A stretch of 64,000 bases of DNA from Antedon mediterranea (Eukaryota; Animalia; Echinodermata), in contig NC_092676.1 of NCBI RefSeq assembly GCF_964355755.1, positions 24,012,871-24,076,870 of the forward strand, in the 5' to 3' direction. Each line of letters starts with the position of its first letter. Positions within the stretch are counted from its first letter, which is position 1. The notes below the pieces were generated by a model. That model was not told where the DNA came from, searched no databases, and saw only the letters and a list, made by a program, of their open reading frames with translations. The position numbers and the translations under genes were made by a program. Positions 26,902-40,109 of this stretch are shown one piece after another.

Positions 26902-27933
26902 ATCAACATCATTGTATAAGTATACTGTTGTTATTGATTTTGAAATCTTGAATAAAGGTAATGTAGATGATTTTGAAAAGCTTAATAATTTTGTAACCTG
27001 TCACACCAGTAACAGCTGCAAACAATGCCTTGTAATCTCAAAGTCACATGATAAATGTTCTGGTTTTTCTCGCTCTCCCTAAAACACATCCACAATAATT
27101 ATCAATATGGTCGACGTCTGTCGTGAACAACTATGTCAATTAGTCTTGCATTCATCTGAATAATGATGGATGAAACTAAACCAGGACTGTTTAAATCACA
27201 TTGGTTCGTCCTGTCATTGACCAAGGGCTTCTCTCGTCCAATGCCCACAATGCCCCCACCAAAGAAGCATAAGCCATTATAGATGTAGATAATACAGGGC
27301 TGCCAGTGCTGATTTCAAATGCTTAATGGGACTCTAACTCCATATATACATCACCCGATATTCCCAGATGCTCTCCCATCCAAGCTCTCCCGGCCACCTA
27401 ACGTTTCTTCGGTGATCTGACGAGAACTGTTGTTTAAACTCGGTAAGGCCATATATCGCGATAATAATACATAACATAATACACATTATACATCTCGACT
27501 CATAGTTTTTATTTTTCAAAATACATATTATAATTTAAAGTTTTGGTGTACATGTATTTTCCCTTTATTAAATTACGAAGCTATTCAATTATTTTTGTAC
27601 ATTATTTACATGATTGTTATCACATTATTTATTTATCACATTATACAATTATTCTGGGTTAAGCGCTTCATTAAAAAGTTCGCAAATTGGCATCTGTATC
27701 TTTGGTCCCAACATAGAGCAGTAAACAAATCATGTGATATATCAATATTAAATATAAAAAGATTGTTTAAGTCCTTAACAGACAGATGAATTTTAATTTA
27801 CAGCATTGGCAGTCCTCCAAGAAAATAAATGCTTAAAATAAAATCAATTGTTAAAAAACATGAGCGTCTCCATTTGGAATGAACCTAGAAACTTCAGTTA
27901 AGATTTGATTGAGCCGTCTAACCAATAGTCCTA

Positions 27934-28208
27934 AGCTCTGTTTACACTATCAAACTTTGACAAAAAAGTGTGATGTGTCTTAATATGGTAGTGATATGAC
28001 GTCATCGTGTCTATATATGGACACATCACATTTTTTGTAACATAGAGTTTGATAGTGTAGATAGAGCTTAAAACTCTGTCTACACTATCAAACTATTTTT
28101 TTTTTTAAATTGTGTGATGTGCCCAAATTTGGAAGTGACGTCTTCGTGTCCTAATATGGACACATCACAATTTGTTGTCACACAAAGTTTAATAGTGTGG
28201 ACAGAGCT
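27934..28208. mobile_element. Two adjacent Harbinger-type MITE family 1 copies sharing one TAA, just 3' of the DTHD1 stop
   Basis: ...TAGAGCT|TAA|AACTCTGTCTACAC at 28069-28071. Confidence 0.8.
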
Positions 28209-28276
28209 TTATACACTCAGTAATATGTGATCCGATTGCTCATGCGCTCTTGCTATTCTTCTATCCTATGAATGTA

Positions 28277-31200
28277 TCACTCTTCTTCATCTCTCGTTCC
28301 TTCAGATTCCATATCCATTTTTCTGTCCTTTAGTTCTTCCGATAGGTCATAGCATCCGCAATTCACAAGAGCTGCGGCCAATTTCTTTTCCTTGTTGTAA
28401 GCCTTCGGCATCATACACCTCCACGTTATCAACATATCCAGCACCTGAGCTTCTTCCGTTTTCGAAGGGTTCCTTCTCTTGATGCTCTGCATTCGGTTCC
28501 TTTTGATACCGAGACTCGTCGCGAGTTTCTCCCACCCGCGTCCTACTAGTTCCTTGGAAAGCCATCGTAAGTTTTCGTTAGAAACCATTCCTAATAGTAG
28601 ATGAAAAATATAGTTTGTTAGTAAATTGTTCGTATGGGCCTATAGAAGAATAAATACGGTAAGTATTAAATACCAAGAACCATGTACAGACGCATCCAAT
28701 CCAACAGCGAGTAACTCGCCAATTACAGGATGGATAACTATTTTATAATTTATAATCGTGCTTATAAACTAAGTCTCATTTGAGGCTGAGGGAGTGGAGT
28801 TGAAAGAGTGCACGTGGTGAGTTACAACCTTGGAATTAGGTCAGGATTGAACCCTGGACCATGGGATGGGAAGGCAAGCATGTTAACCACCAAGCTACAA
28901 CTCCACTACTCCACTTATCTTTGTGACAATTATATTATAATTCTCTGGATTCTTTTTTAACAAATTTGTTATATTGTTCTACTTTTCACCAGGGCGTTTA
29001 CGTTTAAACAACAAAAGAGCTGTCCTACCTTCACCATCAAGCGCGGTTGTCCTGAAACAACTGGCAGGCATCAGTGGATCCGGTTCCGACTATATCAAAA
29101 AACAGAAAAAGAACGAAATATAACGTTATTGTTTTTGTAAACCATGATATGATGAAAATGTTTATTGCGTTTAACAAAGCGTTTATTATTGGAACAGGAT
29201 GCTGAGCTGCTGGTTTATCTGTGGCTGCGACACGATCCATGGAGCTATAATATTGTATAGCTCTATGGTTTAACAGACACCCGCTGAGAATATGTACATT
29301 GTATTTTTCGCAGCCAGAAATAAGATCAAAGGACTGTTACAAGTTCCTATCTTGGCAAAGCTAAAATAACAAACAGCATTTACTTTTGGTATGGAGACTG
29401 CTAATTTACATAATAGATCCTTTGGCATTTTTGATACGCTCGTCTCAATTTTTTCTTTTGCTTTCTGTTCCTTCTGACCCTTAGCCCCTCCGAAATCAGA
29501 CGACTTATTTTTCTTTTCTGCCGCCTTTGCCTCCGATTCGCGTAGAAGGATTTCTTCCGGATCGTCTGGTTCGTCGATCAACACTCGTGACTGTCCGTAG
29601 AATTCGGCAACTCCTCGGTATTCCGACGAACTATAGTTTCCGAATGAATTGCGTTCTTTGATGGTAAATTCTACTGTGTTGGTTCGCTGAGTGTGGAATG
29701 TTAGTTTGAGTTCCTCGTGATCTACAATTTTTACATTTCCCGTAAGCCTAAAATATAGAAATGAAAGTTAAAATACGGTCATGTGATATACACCAACTTT
29801 TTAAAGCTCTGTCTACACTACCGGTACCAAACTTGATGTGACAAAAAGTGTGGTGTGCCAATATATTGACACGATGATGTCATATCGCTGCCATATTTAC
29901 GCACATCAAACTTTTTTGTTCTACTAGTTTTTGTAGACAGAGGTTAAGAGTCGTAATCTGTGTGCCCTTTATTTACCCGAGTAAGTTTGTGACCAATCGA
30001 AGTTAGCGATAATTGATCTATGAAGACAATTTTAGCGGGTAAATATACGTTAACGGTAAGCGTTAAGTTCACTGTGCCCATGAAACAAACTTAAGCGGGA
30101 AACTTAATAACCCATGTCCATGTAGACAATATATAATAAACCGAACTGTAGGCCTACCTCAATGTAATTTCTTGGCCCTCTGTCATCGGTATATCTGGAC
30201 TTGGTTCCGGAGGCCCATCATAATCGTCATTATTCAGTCGTCTGCGTACGTTTTCAAGTTGGCGCGTCGGTACAATCTGAACTATGATTTTCTCAGGCGA
30301 ATCAACTTTGTGATAAAGAATAATGTTTGCGTATTTCACCTGTAAGGCCTGCTCGAACGTGGTGGCAATCTGTTTGGGTGTGTACTTGGTTTCAACGCCC
30401 ATTCGTAGAACTAGCAAACTGTTTTATTTTATGAAAAGAAAAAACTACCATTTACGTTTTGTGTTTGGCTTGATCCAGTTGATGAACAAAAGTGCTCGAA
30501 ACATAAGTAATATATCAAAATATATATTATATTTTCGTACAACTTAGTTTCCACTATACCAACCGTTTAAGTACGGTACAGGACCACCACCAAACTATAG
30601 AGTCATTGTCATTGTCTATAACATAGATATGCGGACATATGCCTATAATCTAACCGACCTACTTAACGTGCAATACACGTTTGATACGAATCTATATATA
30701 CAATAGAGATTATAAAATTACAGCTCAACAGTATCGAATAATTTTAATGAATCAGTCGATTCGATTAATCAATCCTATAAACTTCTAAGCGGTTTATTGA
30801 TAAATACCAGGAAAATCGATTAATCGATCAACATGACGTCTTATAAGCGGTTTATCGATTAGTATGAATCATCAATCGATCAGTCGAATCGATTTGTGTA
30901 AAATACGTTTGAGCATGCAATAATCGGTATTTGATGATTTAGTGAATGAAAAGGATCGCATATTTTCATTCATTCTGCTTTTATTCAAAATTTCTCTTTG
31001 CAGTATATATAAAATAAAACTGAATTGCGAGAGATTTACATATAAAATTGGTACAAGCTTTCAAACATCAAAATTTACAACATTAAAAAGTTAAAAGTTT
31101 AAAAAAAAAATAAAAAATGTTGAAGCTGTCTTACCTTTCAACTGGTCTTTTTAAATCTAACGAAACAACATCTTTCCGAACTTGTTTTATTTCCACTTTC

Positions 31201-34200
31201 TCCAAATCGTTCCATGCGCCATTTTCTGTTTGTTTGTACAAAGCGTGAAGAAAATCGTCTGAGTCTCCGCCATAACTGCTCTTCTTCGTCTTCCGAATTA
31301 TTATTGCACCTAAATACATAATATACAAATATTCCATTTCAACATTTCAGGTATTTTTTGACATTCATCGTACGTTACAGTATTGTCATATATAACTCAT
31401 TGTAAACAAATGAAACACAGAAGAAAACAAAATAGAAAATAAAAAAAAAAAAGATATGAAAAGCCAACCAAAATCATAGTCCAGTCCCTATGCGTAAACG
31501 AAACGAACGCGTCATAAATAAAATCTGGATGCAGGAGAGCTGAAAATGTTTACCAAGTTTAGGTTATTATCAGTAATAAGTATTATGGCAACATTTAGAT
31601 TATTATTTAGTTTGAAATGTATTTCGTCATAATGACTATAATTTAACAAAAGGTAAAGCTCATCTTCAACCGGTGTTAGAAAGGCGATAGAGTGGGATCC
31701 GGGGAGAGACATGATAAACATCATAGATTTATAACCAGAGAATTGAACATCTAAACCGTTCTACATGTTTTTCTAACATACCTTCTGGTACCATTGGTGG
31801 TATCTCTTTTCTCTCTGACTTGGAGGCCTTGTTACCTGGTGTGTTTCCCTTATTTGGATTTGGAGGGCAAGGCATAGCCACCGATATCGGCTTTTCAAAC
31901 TTCTTATTCGGTGTGTGCGTCATGTGTAGTATAGGACTGGCTCCGATTAAATCCGAACAGTGCCGAAAACGTGCTTTCAGATCAGTGGCAACCGACTCGG
32001 CCGGTTGAATCTAAAGAAAGGGATATTGAATTGAATTGATAACTTTATTTCAGAATAAATATTCGATATTTGAATATCGTAACAGATAGTTTGTAGATCA
32101 TTTTCACTATTCACCCCACCCCAATCCTCTAGTCCTACTACACTTAAAATAACCACCTATCCTCAATATCATCGTCACTGTCACCAGCTTATCAATACTA
32201 TTTCATCAATATTGGCATTTGTTACCACCAGCTTTATCAACACCAGATTCACGTCTAGCGACAATAAACAGTCTCACAGTTTCTTGTTATTAGGCATGAC
32301 ACGGTACAGTAATCGTCTGGCAATTATTCTCAAATCATATCGTTTTTATTACTTACCTGCAGTGATAAGTTTACTAACGTACATGCGCCCTGTGGATATG
32401 TGATGGCCACACGGTGATCAGCTGTGGACTTGACAACGCCTCCTTTCTTACCGATGGTCATCTTATCTTTGACCATACGTGCTACAACTGCAAATGACGT
32501 CAGTCGAGTTATTGCCACTTCGACAAACTGACCCTGATATAAAACACAATCAATAAGATATTATAATTACCCTTCTTAATCATTACATAATTTAATGGAT
32601 AAATCACAATACAGATAGATAGAATTAAAAGTATCTTCTTGTCCACCAAACATTTAGATTCCGTCGTCAAAAAAATCGACCACTTTACACTGATCCTCAA
32701 ACGAACCCCTCTCTAATCCTTAAACTCTAGGTCCGATTGCATACAGAGAAATATTTCTTTCTAACGCAACGTACGTAAGTGATCTGAGCAATCACTGGCG
32801 ATGGATTATTCGAACTGTCGCTCGTCATTGGTCAACTCGCTTGCGTTGCGTCAACGTCCTTGCGTTGCGTTCTAGTGGGAACCAAGCTTTGTACATATTT
32901 CTATTTTGTGTTTGATTTTACCTTATAGTCTGCTATGCTAGAATCAGTAGCCAACGGTTGCAAAACTTTCCAATATACCGTTTTCACAACCTCCGGATTA
33001 TCGTCCGATAGTTGCTCTTCCTTGACCACTTTTTGTTTGACGACAATCTCTTTTGTGTTTGCCAATCGGGCGTTTATTTGATACGGTATTGCGACCACGA
33101 TTGGGTATGACAGAAGCTAATATTATTAAACAAATAAATTGATTGTTTTATTAATATTTGTATTGTTTAAAGCTCTGATTACATTATCTAATTTTGTGTG
33201 ACAAAAAATGTGATGCCCCATAGGCCTATATGCATGAGGCCGTCATATTATTACCATATTTGCGCACATCACACATTTTTGTCAAACTAGTAGACAGAGC
33301 TTATAAAGCGTGGTTCCCACTAGAACGCAACGCAACGTAACGCAGCGACGTATTGACGCAAAGTGCTGTATTGCGTAATCACAAGTGGGAACCGACGACG
33401 CAATAGTGCTGCAAACATCGCAGGTTTGATTTCACGCAGGCGGGGGCAAACACATTTATTGGAAGGGCATTTTCTTACGTTGCGTTGGTTGCGTTACGTT
33501 GCGTCGCTAGTGGGAACCACGCTTAAGTTACAACATACACATTGAGGGCAAATTAAGCGAAATGATTAGAGGATGGACATTATATGAGATGTCCACTGTT
33601 TTTGTATTTGGTTATGATGTAGTCGTTCTGTACCCGATTCTCTCATAACACATACTACAATATGTGCCCAGTTATCATAGGAGTATTTGGTAATACAGCA
33701 TCTCATTTGTGGTGCCTGCATAATTAAAGTTATGATACTAGGAGAAACATCTGAAACACATGTGATATTGTATTACCAAATATTCCTATGATACTGGAGA
33801 AATCTAGATACAATCCAAGTCAATACATTTAAAGCTATTTAGTAGACACCTTAGTACAATTCCTATGATCCTTGTATTTAGTCTACAGTACTCCTCCTAC
33901 CAACCTCGTAGTCGTCGCCTCCTTCTCCTACACGGCTATCTCTCAGTTTAATACAGTTGCTTATCACCTCTTCACTGTCCTCTATCGCGTCACCACTGAT
34001 GTCATCTGGGTAACAGCTTAGAGAAGAAGATGAAAACTCGCCGTCTCGACATCTCAAGAAACACGAGATCTCATCATCAGATGGTAGATGCATTCTGTGA
34101 AGATAGGAAATCATTCATAAATATTAACTATCGTTGAGGAAGCAAGGCAGTTATAAGTACGTACTTTGATGACGATAGTAAGAATAAATACAGAAGGAAA

Positions 34201-37200
34201 AAAAGAAAAAAAGAAAGAAAAACAGAAAGTCAGACAGAAAGACAGAGAGAGATAATAGAAACTAATATCACTTACGTAAAATGAGGCCACTCCAACGGCT
34301 TATCATTGTTGTTCAAATTTGGAGATTTTGGTCTAGGGGTCTCCTCCCGTTTAGCTGCGTTGTCTTCTTCTTTTGAGTCTTCTTGTTCTTCTTTATTCTG
34401 AACATTACCATCGGTCGTGGACAACTCGGGTTCTTTGTTCTGTTCAACTGGCGTTGGGTTTTCTTTATCATTAACCAATGCATCTTCGTTCTGAATTGAC
34501 ACATTATTCTTTGAATCATTATCAGTCGTTACGTCATCTGTTTTAACATCTCCTGTACCTTCTTCAGTTGGCGCCTCTTTATCGTTACCTGCCGCCGTAA
34601 CATCTTCGGCAACATCATCTACCGCCGCGTCATTTCCGTCTGCAATCGCGACATCATTCTTAGCCGCAGAATCTTCATTTTCTGTTGCTTCTTCACCTTT
34701 ATCTTTACCAACTTGTGCGGATCTATCTTCGGTGGAGTCTTCTGTCGTCTCTCCCACGTCACCAATATCTTCTACCTCTTGTACATCAGCTGCTTCTTCC
34801 GTTGCCTTTTCCGTTTCCATTACTGCTTCACAGGCAAGCGTTTCAGTTTCTGACGCTAGGTTTGATGCTTTTGCTAGGTCGTCCAAAGCCTTTTTAAGCG
34901 AAAGATCCGACTCGTTATCTGTAAAATAAATCCAGAATGTTTAAATGTATATATACACTTACTATAACCAACCGATAACAATTAAACTCGCAAAATGACA
35001 TTGATTATCAGAGAAAGACTTTATTGTATAGATCATCAGCAGCCTTAAAACATAAATATTACTTTGTTACATTAGGAATGTTCGTTTCCATAGCTACTAC
35101 TACAATAAAATGTAATGTTTTAATTGGTTAATCATTGATTAACTAAATTGTATTCCTACTACGTGACTATACGAACGAATATCAGACGATTCAATCGATA
35201 TAGTATTAAGAACTTTCAATATAATGTACATCATTAAACCGTCGTAAACATTATCCTTAAATAATTAATCTCATAAAAAGGAACGGAATAAAAATACTAA
35301 TAATGAGAATGAGGCTATACTGTAGACCAAGAGACATGAATAATATAATTATCTACAGGAGTGTGCAGAAATATTAAAACGTAGTTTTGTTATGGTTGTT
35401 TTTGTAGAGTTAAAATTGCTGTTGCTAACAAAACTCATGTATCCAAATAAACAGGGAATAGCAATGTAAATGGTTTTCAATCCTATTAGTTTCAGTTTAC
35501 CTGTCTAGTGCAAACACTCGGGTGATCAAGTATAATGGTCGATCGAAGTACAATTCTGTAAAATTTGTTATCGTATCATAACGCTTCGAATGATTTTATT
35601 TTGGCCTACGTGAGACCATAGAGATATTAATGAAATCTCTATGATGAGACAAACTGTTTATACGAATTGCAAGAGAAATTAAGAGACAAGCTTAAACTTA
35701 AACAAAATTAACCTATTGGTACACTATTTTATCTCTAATCAGAAATATACCCAGTCGTGTTAAAAAAAACTAACTTGTCTTATAGTGTCAAATTCGAAAG
35801 TGTGTCAACGATTTGCCACACGATGTGTTTCTAACGTTGCACGACAAAATGAGGCAACAAAGAGAGAGGAGAGATATATGGATATCTACACCAATGATGC
35901 AAGCCTACGGTGTATTCCTTTTTAACCAAAAATGCCACACTAATTCCTAAATTCGATATAAATACATAAAATAACATATTCACTTCTGCCTACCTCGAAT
36001 AATACTTCAAGTACCAAATTACACTAAGTATCCTTGTAACATGCTGCGCAAGAATTTAACCTAGTAGGCCTATACAACGTCGAAATCCTGCGTATACAAA
36101 ATTCCCACACTATATCCAATATTTTCAACTTCGGGTAGCTATAAAATTAAGCTATACTTTTGAGGGCACAGTATTAAAATCCAGGCTCCACATAACAGGT
36201 TGACGAATGAGTTGTAATCAAACAGTAGTCCTTTTAGTCTCCGTGACAAAGTACACATTTCGTCATGGTCGTTGGCAATCAGACTCAGTTTACCGTTGCT
36301 ATGTCGAAAAACCGGATGAACTATTCGATATCATGATTTCGTGATGTCTCAATGAACATGTGACGAGTAAAATCTATAAATATAATTAATTTAACCATTC
36401 ATCCGTCCAAAGAGATACATATTAAGACTTCCTATTCGTGATTACATGGTTGACTGGTATATGGATGATAAGGATTTATTTGAAAATTAATGTTAAGAAA
36501 CATTGTATACAATAAAGCCTAGGCATACTAGAGAAATAGATAGATTAATAGAGTTAATTAACAGAGCGTTAGTGTTAGATTAAACAATGCAAGCAAATAA
36601 AAACAAATCATATTGCAACATCAGGAATCAGAACCGGATATTAATATTCAAACATAATTTCTGTTTCTTGTTAATGTCCCATCTTATTTGATTTTAAGTG
36701 CAAACTGCATACAACACATTCTCTTGAAAAGGTACGGTACCCCTTTATACAATTTCTAAAATTGCATTATACGCAACCCTTAGATTTAGCAGGAAACCAA
36801 AGCTCTGTCTGCACTATCAAACTTTATGTGACAAGAAATGTGCTGTGCCCAAATATGGACAAGATGATGTCATATTACTACCATATTTAAACATATCACT
36901 ACCATTATCATACTGTTTGATAGTGTAGACAGAGCGTTAGAGTGAGTGGGGAACCATTCATTTCCAAGTCTTTCCTTAGATACACCCTCCATTCAAAGTG
37001 AACTAGTCCTAAATGATATTAATGTAACTTATTTGAGACTCTAGTTAAGTATAGTATAGAATATTATTAAACTTAATCATCACTATATAATAACATGTTC
37101 CAATGTAACAATGTTAAGTATATCCTACGGTTGTGGATCGATATGGGCAAGTAACTGAAGATCGACAGGTTTGTTGATAACAAACTAATCATGTAACCTT

Positions 37201-40109
37201 ATGAACGTAAGTAAATTCATAAATATATGTGAGTGCCATGACTCGGTATTGTGTAAATAACAATCGATTACAATACACACAAAAAGAACGCGTGTCGGTA
37301 AATACCTTTGAAATAGGTAGTGCTTCCATGGTTACATCAAACAAAGTACTTCCTGTAAAGGGTATGCTTGTCACAATTTATTCGTTTTTGTGTAAAGCGC
37401 AGTTATAGTAATATCGGTAAAGGTTCTCTCTCTATGATCAGACGCCTAAAGATTAACTAGTTACCGGTCTTCTTTTAAACATTCACGTACTGGTACTGGA
37501 ATATTTACCGCTAGTCATGTAGGCCACCTAATTGTTACAAACAAAAATCATATCTTACTCTATTGCAATGTTGTCGTTAATAATTACTGTTTTATTCAGT
37601 AGGCCTATACTACACCGTTTTAATACTGATATGGAATGAAACGACGGTATTACGTCTTCGTACGTAATATTGTACGTGAAACCAAAGCAATAGGAATTCC
37701 TTTGATCTTATTTCTGATCCCACTAAGACGCAACGCAATAATGCTGCAAACATCGCAGGTTTTACGCAGGCGGGGGCAAACACAATTATTTGAAGGGCAT
37801 TTTCTTACGTTGCGTAGGTTGCGTTACGTTGCGTCGCTAGTGGGAACCACGCTTTATGTCTGGCTGCGACAAATACCAACAGTACTGTATAAGCTAATAT
37901 ACATACTATACTGTCCGCGCGACGTATCGCAGTCACAGATAAACCCTTTGATCCCCGGAGCTCAGCAACCTAGTTGTTTGATTGCCTTGGTGAAACCTAC
38001 AAACTAAACGACAAAACGGTGTCTCGTATCGTCGTGAAACCTATCACTTACTTTGTTATGGACGGTAGGCCTATTTATCACTCAGTGCTACACCGATTCA
38101 ATCGTGGTAAGAACACGAATAAGACGGAATTACGTCAAAATGGTAAACGTGAAACACAAACCGTACTAGTAAAATAAAATAACACTCAACAACAAAACGG
38201 TGTCGCAGTGTTGTTTAAAACTAATAGTTGTCATGGCGAGATAAAATACAGAATAAAAGGAAAATTATCAAAACCGTGACCATGACGTAAATGCTTGTTG
38301 ATTCTATTGTGCTGTTTATGAGGTGATTCAATTACCTGTATGGGAAGAGAAAGACGTGGCATTTATCATTTCTCTATTAACATTTGTAATGGTACGGCAA
38401 TAATACAAATGGTAACCAAGACATTAAAGAAGCAGGCATTTTTAAAAAGAAAATACCAGTGACCAGTGAATAAACCCATACAAAGAAAGACAGAAACGGA
38501 CGCAACGCAAGGACGTAAGCGCACAGAGCAAGTATTTTGACCAATTACGACACGATAGATCATTGCATTACATCCGAACTATCTCTTGTGATTGGTCAAC
38601 CATTGTGTTGCGTATACGTCGTTGCATTGCGTCCAATTGGGACTGGACCAGCTTTAAAACAAAAATTCTAAATAAATGTAAAGAACCAAGAAAAATGTTA
38701 CCAGACGGTGTGAGATCCAGTGATATTCCGAAACGACACGAACGAACATACAAGCAGAACGTTGATCAACACTTAACTTACTACTGGTCAACACCGAATG
38801 TTTATGTGTAGCAAACGTGTTAAATGTTATGGTAAATGGTAGATGTTTCCTCTAAATTAGTCGTCAAATCCATAATCCACTCGGTGATATCAATGTACCA
38901 ACACACCCTAAGCAGTGCGCCATTTAACTATTTTCTTACCTGAGGCTTAATTGTTGTAATGTTGTGTTGTGGTGGAAGTGTTGCAATACTTTCTCTCTAA
39001 TATATACTGTAGGCCTACTAGCGAATGGAGCGGCAACTCTTTTACAAAACATGGCCCTAATAAGTTTAAATTCGATTGACATCATGTATGTCATGTATGC
39101 CTATAAGCAAGAAAATGCGGGTGATGACGACAATGATGTCATGGGTATTTCTGTTCCCTATACCCGGCAAACCAGGCCTAACGTAACCTGAAATTGTGAT
39201 GGAAAGAGCGTGTATATCAATCGGGTTGTATGCTCAAGCAGTAATTGGCACAGAGTTGCCCAAGTTACATGTTGAAATAAATTGAGTATCATAGACAACT
39301 CTGTCCCAGTCCCACCCTACAATGTTTGATCCCCACCCTGCCCTACAAAGTAGACATCAGTATCCGACATCCGTACATTTTGTTGTAAGAGGTAACCAAC
39401 TTCCTAGTCAATCCTTATACGCAATGCAAAACAATAATTATGTTTGAATTCTGTGGATACGAATGGCCTAAAATATACCGTCCTATTCATATACTGTAAT
39501 CTATGTTTAGCAATTACCAAAAGTAGACAAAACCAAAGCAATGGATTTCGACCTACCTTCAGACTGACGGGTGAGTTTTCCTTTTACCTCTGACATAGCC
39601 GTTCTCACTTTTTCCAGTTTTTGACAAAGTTCCATTGTTTGAGTTTTTCTTGAGTCCAGAACATTACATATATCTCTAAATAATTCGCCATAGTCATCAG
39701 CATTGTCTTCTTGATGTTCACTTTCTAGACGTTCACTCGCATCATTTAATATGTGCACATAATCAGTCAGACTCAAAGTATCTCCATTTACACGATCCAT
39801 ATCCCGAGAAGACGTCTGAGAATCTGAGCTATGAGAGCTTGAGTTATCTCTATAATCTTTATCAAGATCAGTGCATATATCAGCAGAGAGTTCATCAAAA
39901 ATTGACGGTTCGTCGTCGCCACTTTTATCATCACAAGACATAGGCCTAGACCCATTATGACCTAACGTATCCTGGGCTAAGATGTCGCTACGGGTCTTCT
40001 TTCTTTGACCCCTTCTTCCACTTTTCGGTCTTTTACTGACTCCGTTAAAACTACCGACTAATTCCTTATCATGACTCTGACAACGACTTCTGTTTTTGGT
40101 GCTAGACAT
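28277..40109 (-). CDS. DTHD1: Death domain-containing protein 1-like (ZU5-like region, C-terminal death domain, long acidic N-terminus), about 1053 aa
   Basis: Eleven phase-consistent exons: 40109-39557, 34918-34276, 34094-33905, 33116-32922, 32533-32357, 32010-31782, 31309-31135, 30418-30158, 29747-29384, 29089-29029, 28590-28277 (3162 nt, open throughout). Motifs include PIVVAIPY, SPILHM...FEKPISVAMPCP, YDGPPEPS, FGNYSSSEYRG and a death domain (LRWLSKELVGRGWEKLATSLGI...QVLDMLITWR). Confidence 0.85.
28745..28904 (-). mobile_element. Degenerate tRNA-derived SINE in the last DTHD1 intron
   Basis: Minus strand: TAGCTTGGTGG (A box) and GGTTCAATCC (B box), followed by a non-tRNA body and AT tail. 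Confidence 0.55.
29805..29944. mobile_element. Harbinger-type MITE family 1 copy
   Basis: TIRs and a diverged core. Confidence 0.75.
33171..33301. mobile_element. Harbinger-type MITE family 1 copy
   Basis: TIRs and a diverged core. It abuts a family 2 copy. Confidence 0.75.
33307..33523. mobile_element. Harbinger-type MITE family 2 (217 bp); related partial copies near 32720-32888, 37716-37853 and 38480-38655
   Basis: TAA|AGCGTGGTTCCCACTAG ... CTAGTGGGAACCACGCT|TAA, with subterminal (ACGCA)n/(TGCGT)n. Confidence 0.85.
36801..36936. mobile_element. Harbinger-type MITE family 1 copy
   Basis: TIRs and core. Confidence 0.78.
37716..37853. mobile_element. Harbinger-type MITE family 2, partial copy
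   Basis: Near-identical to 33400-33523. Confidence 0.8.
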
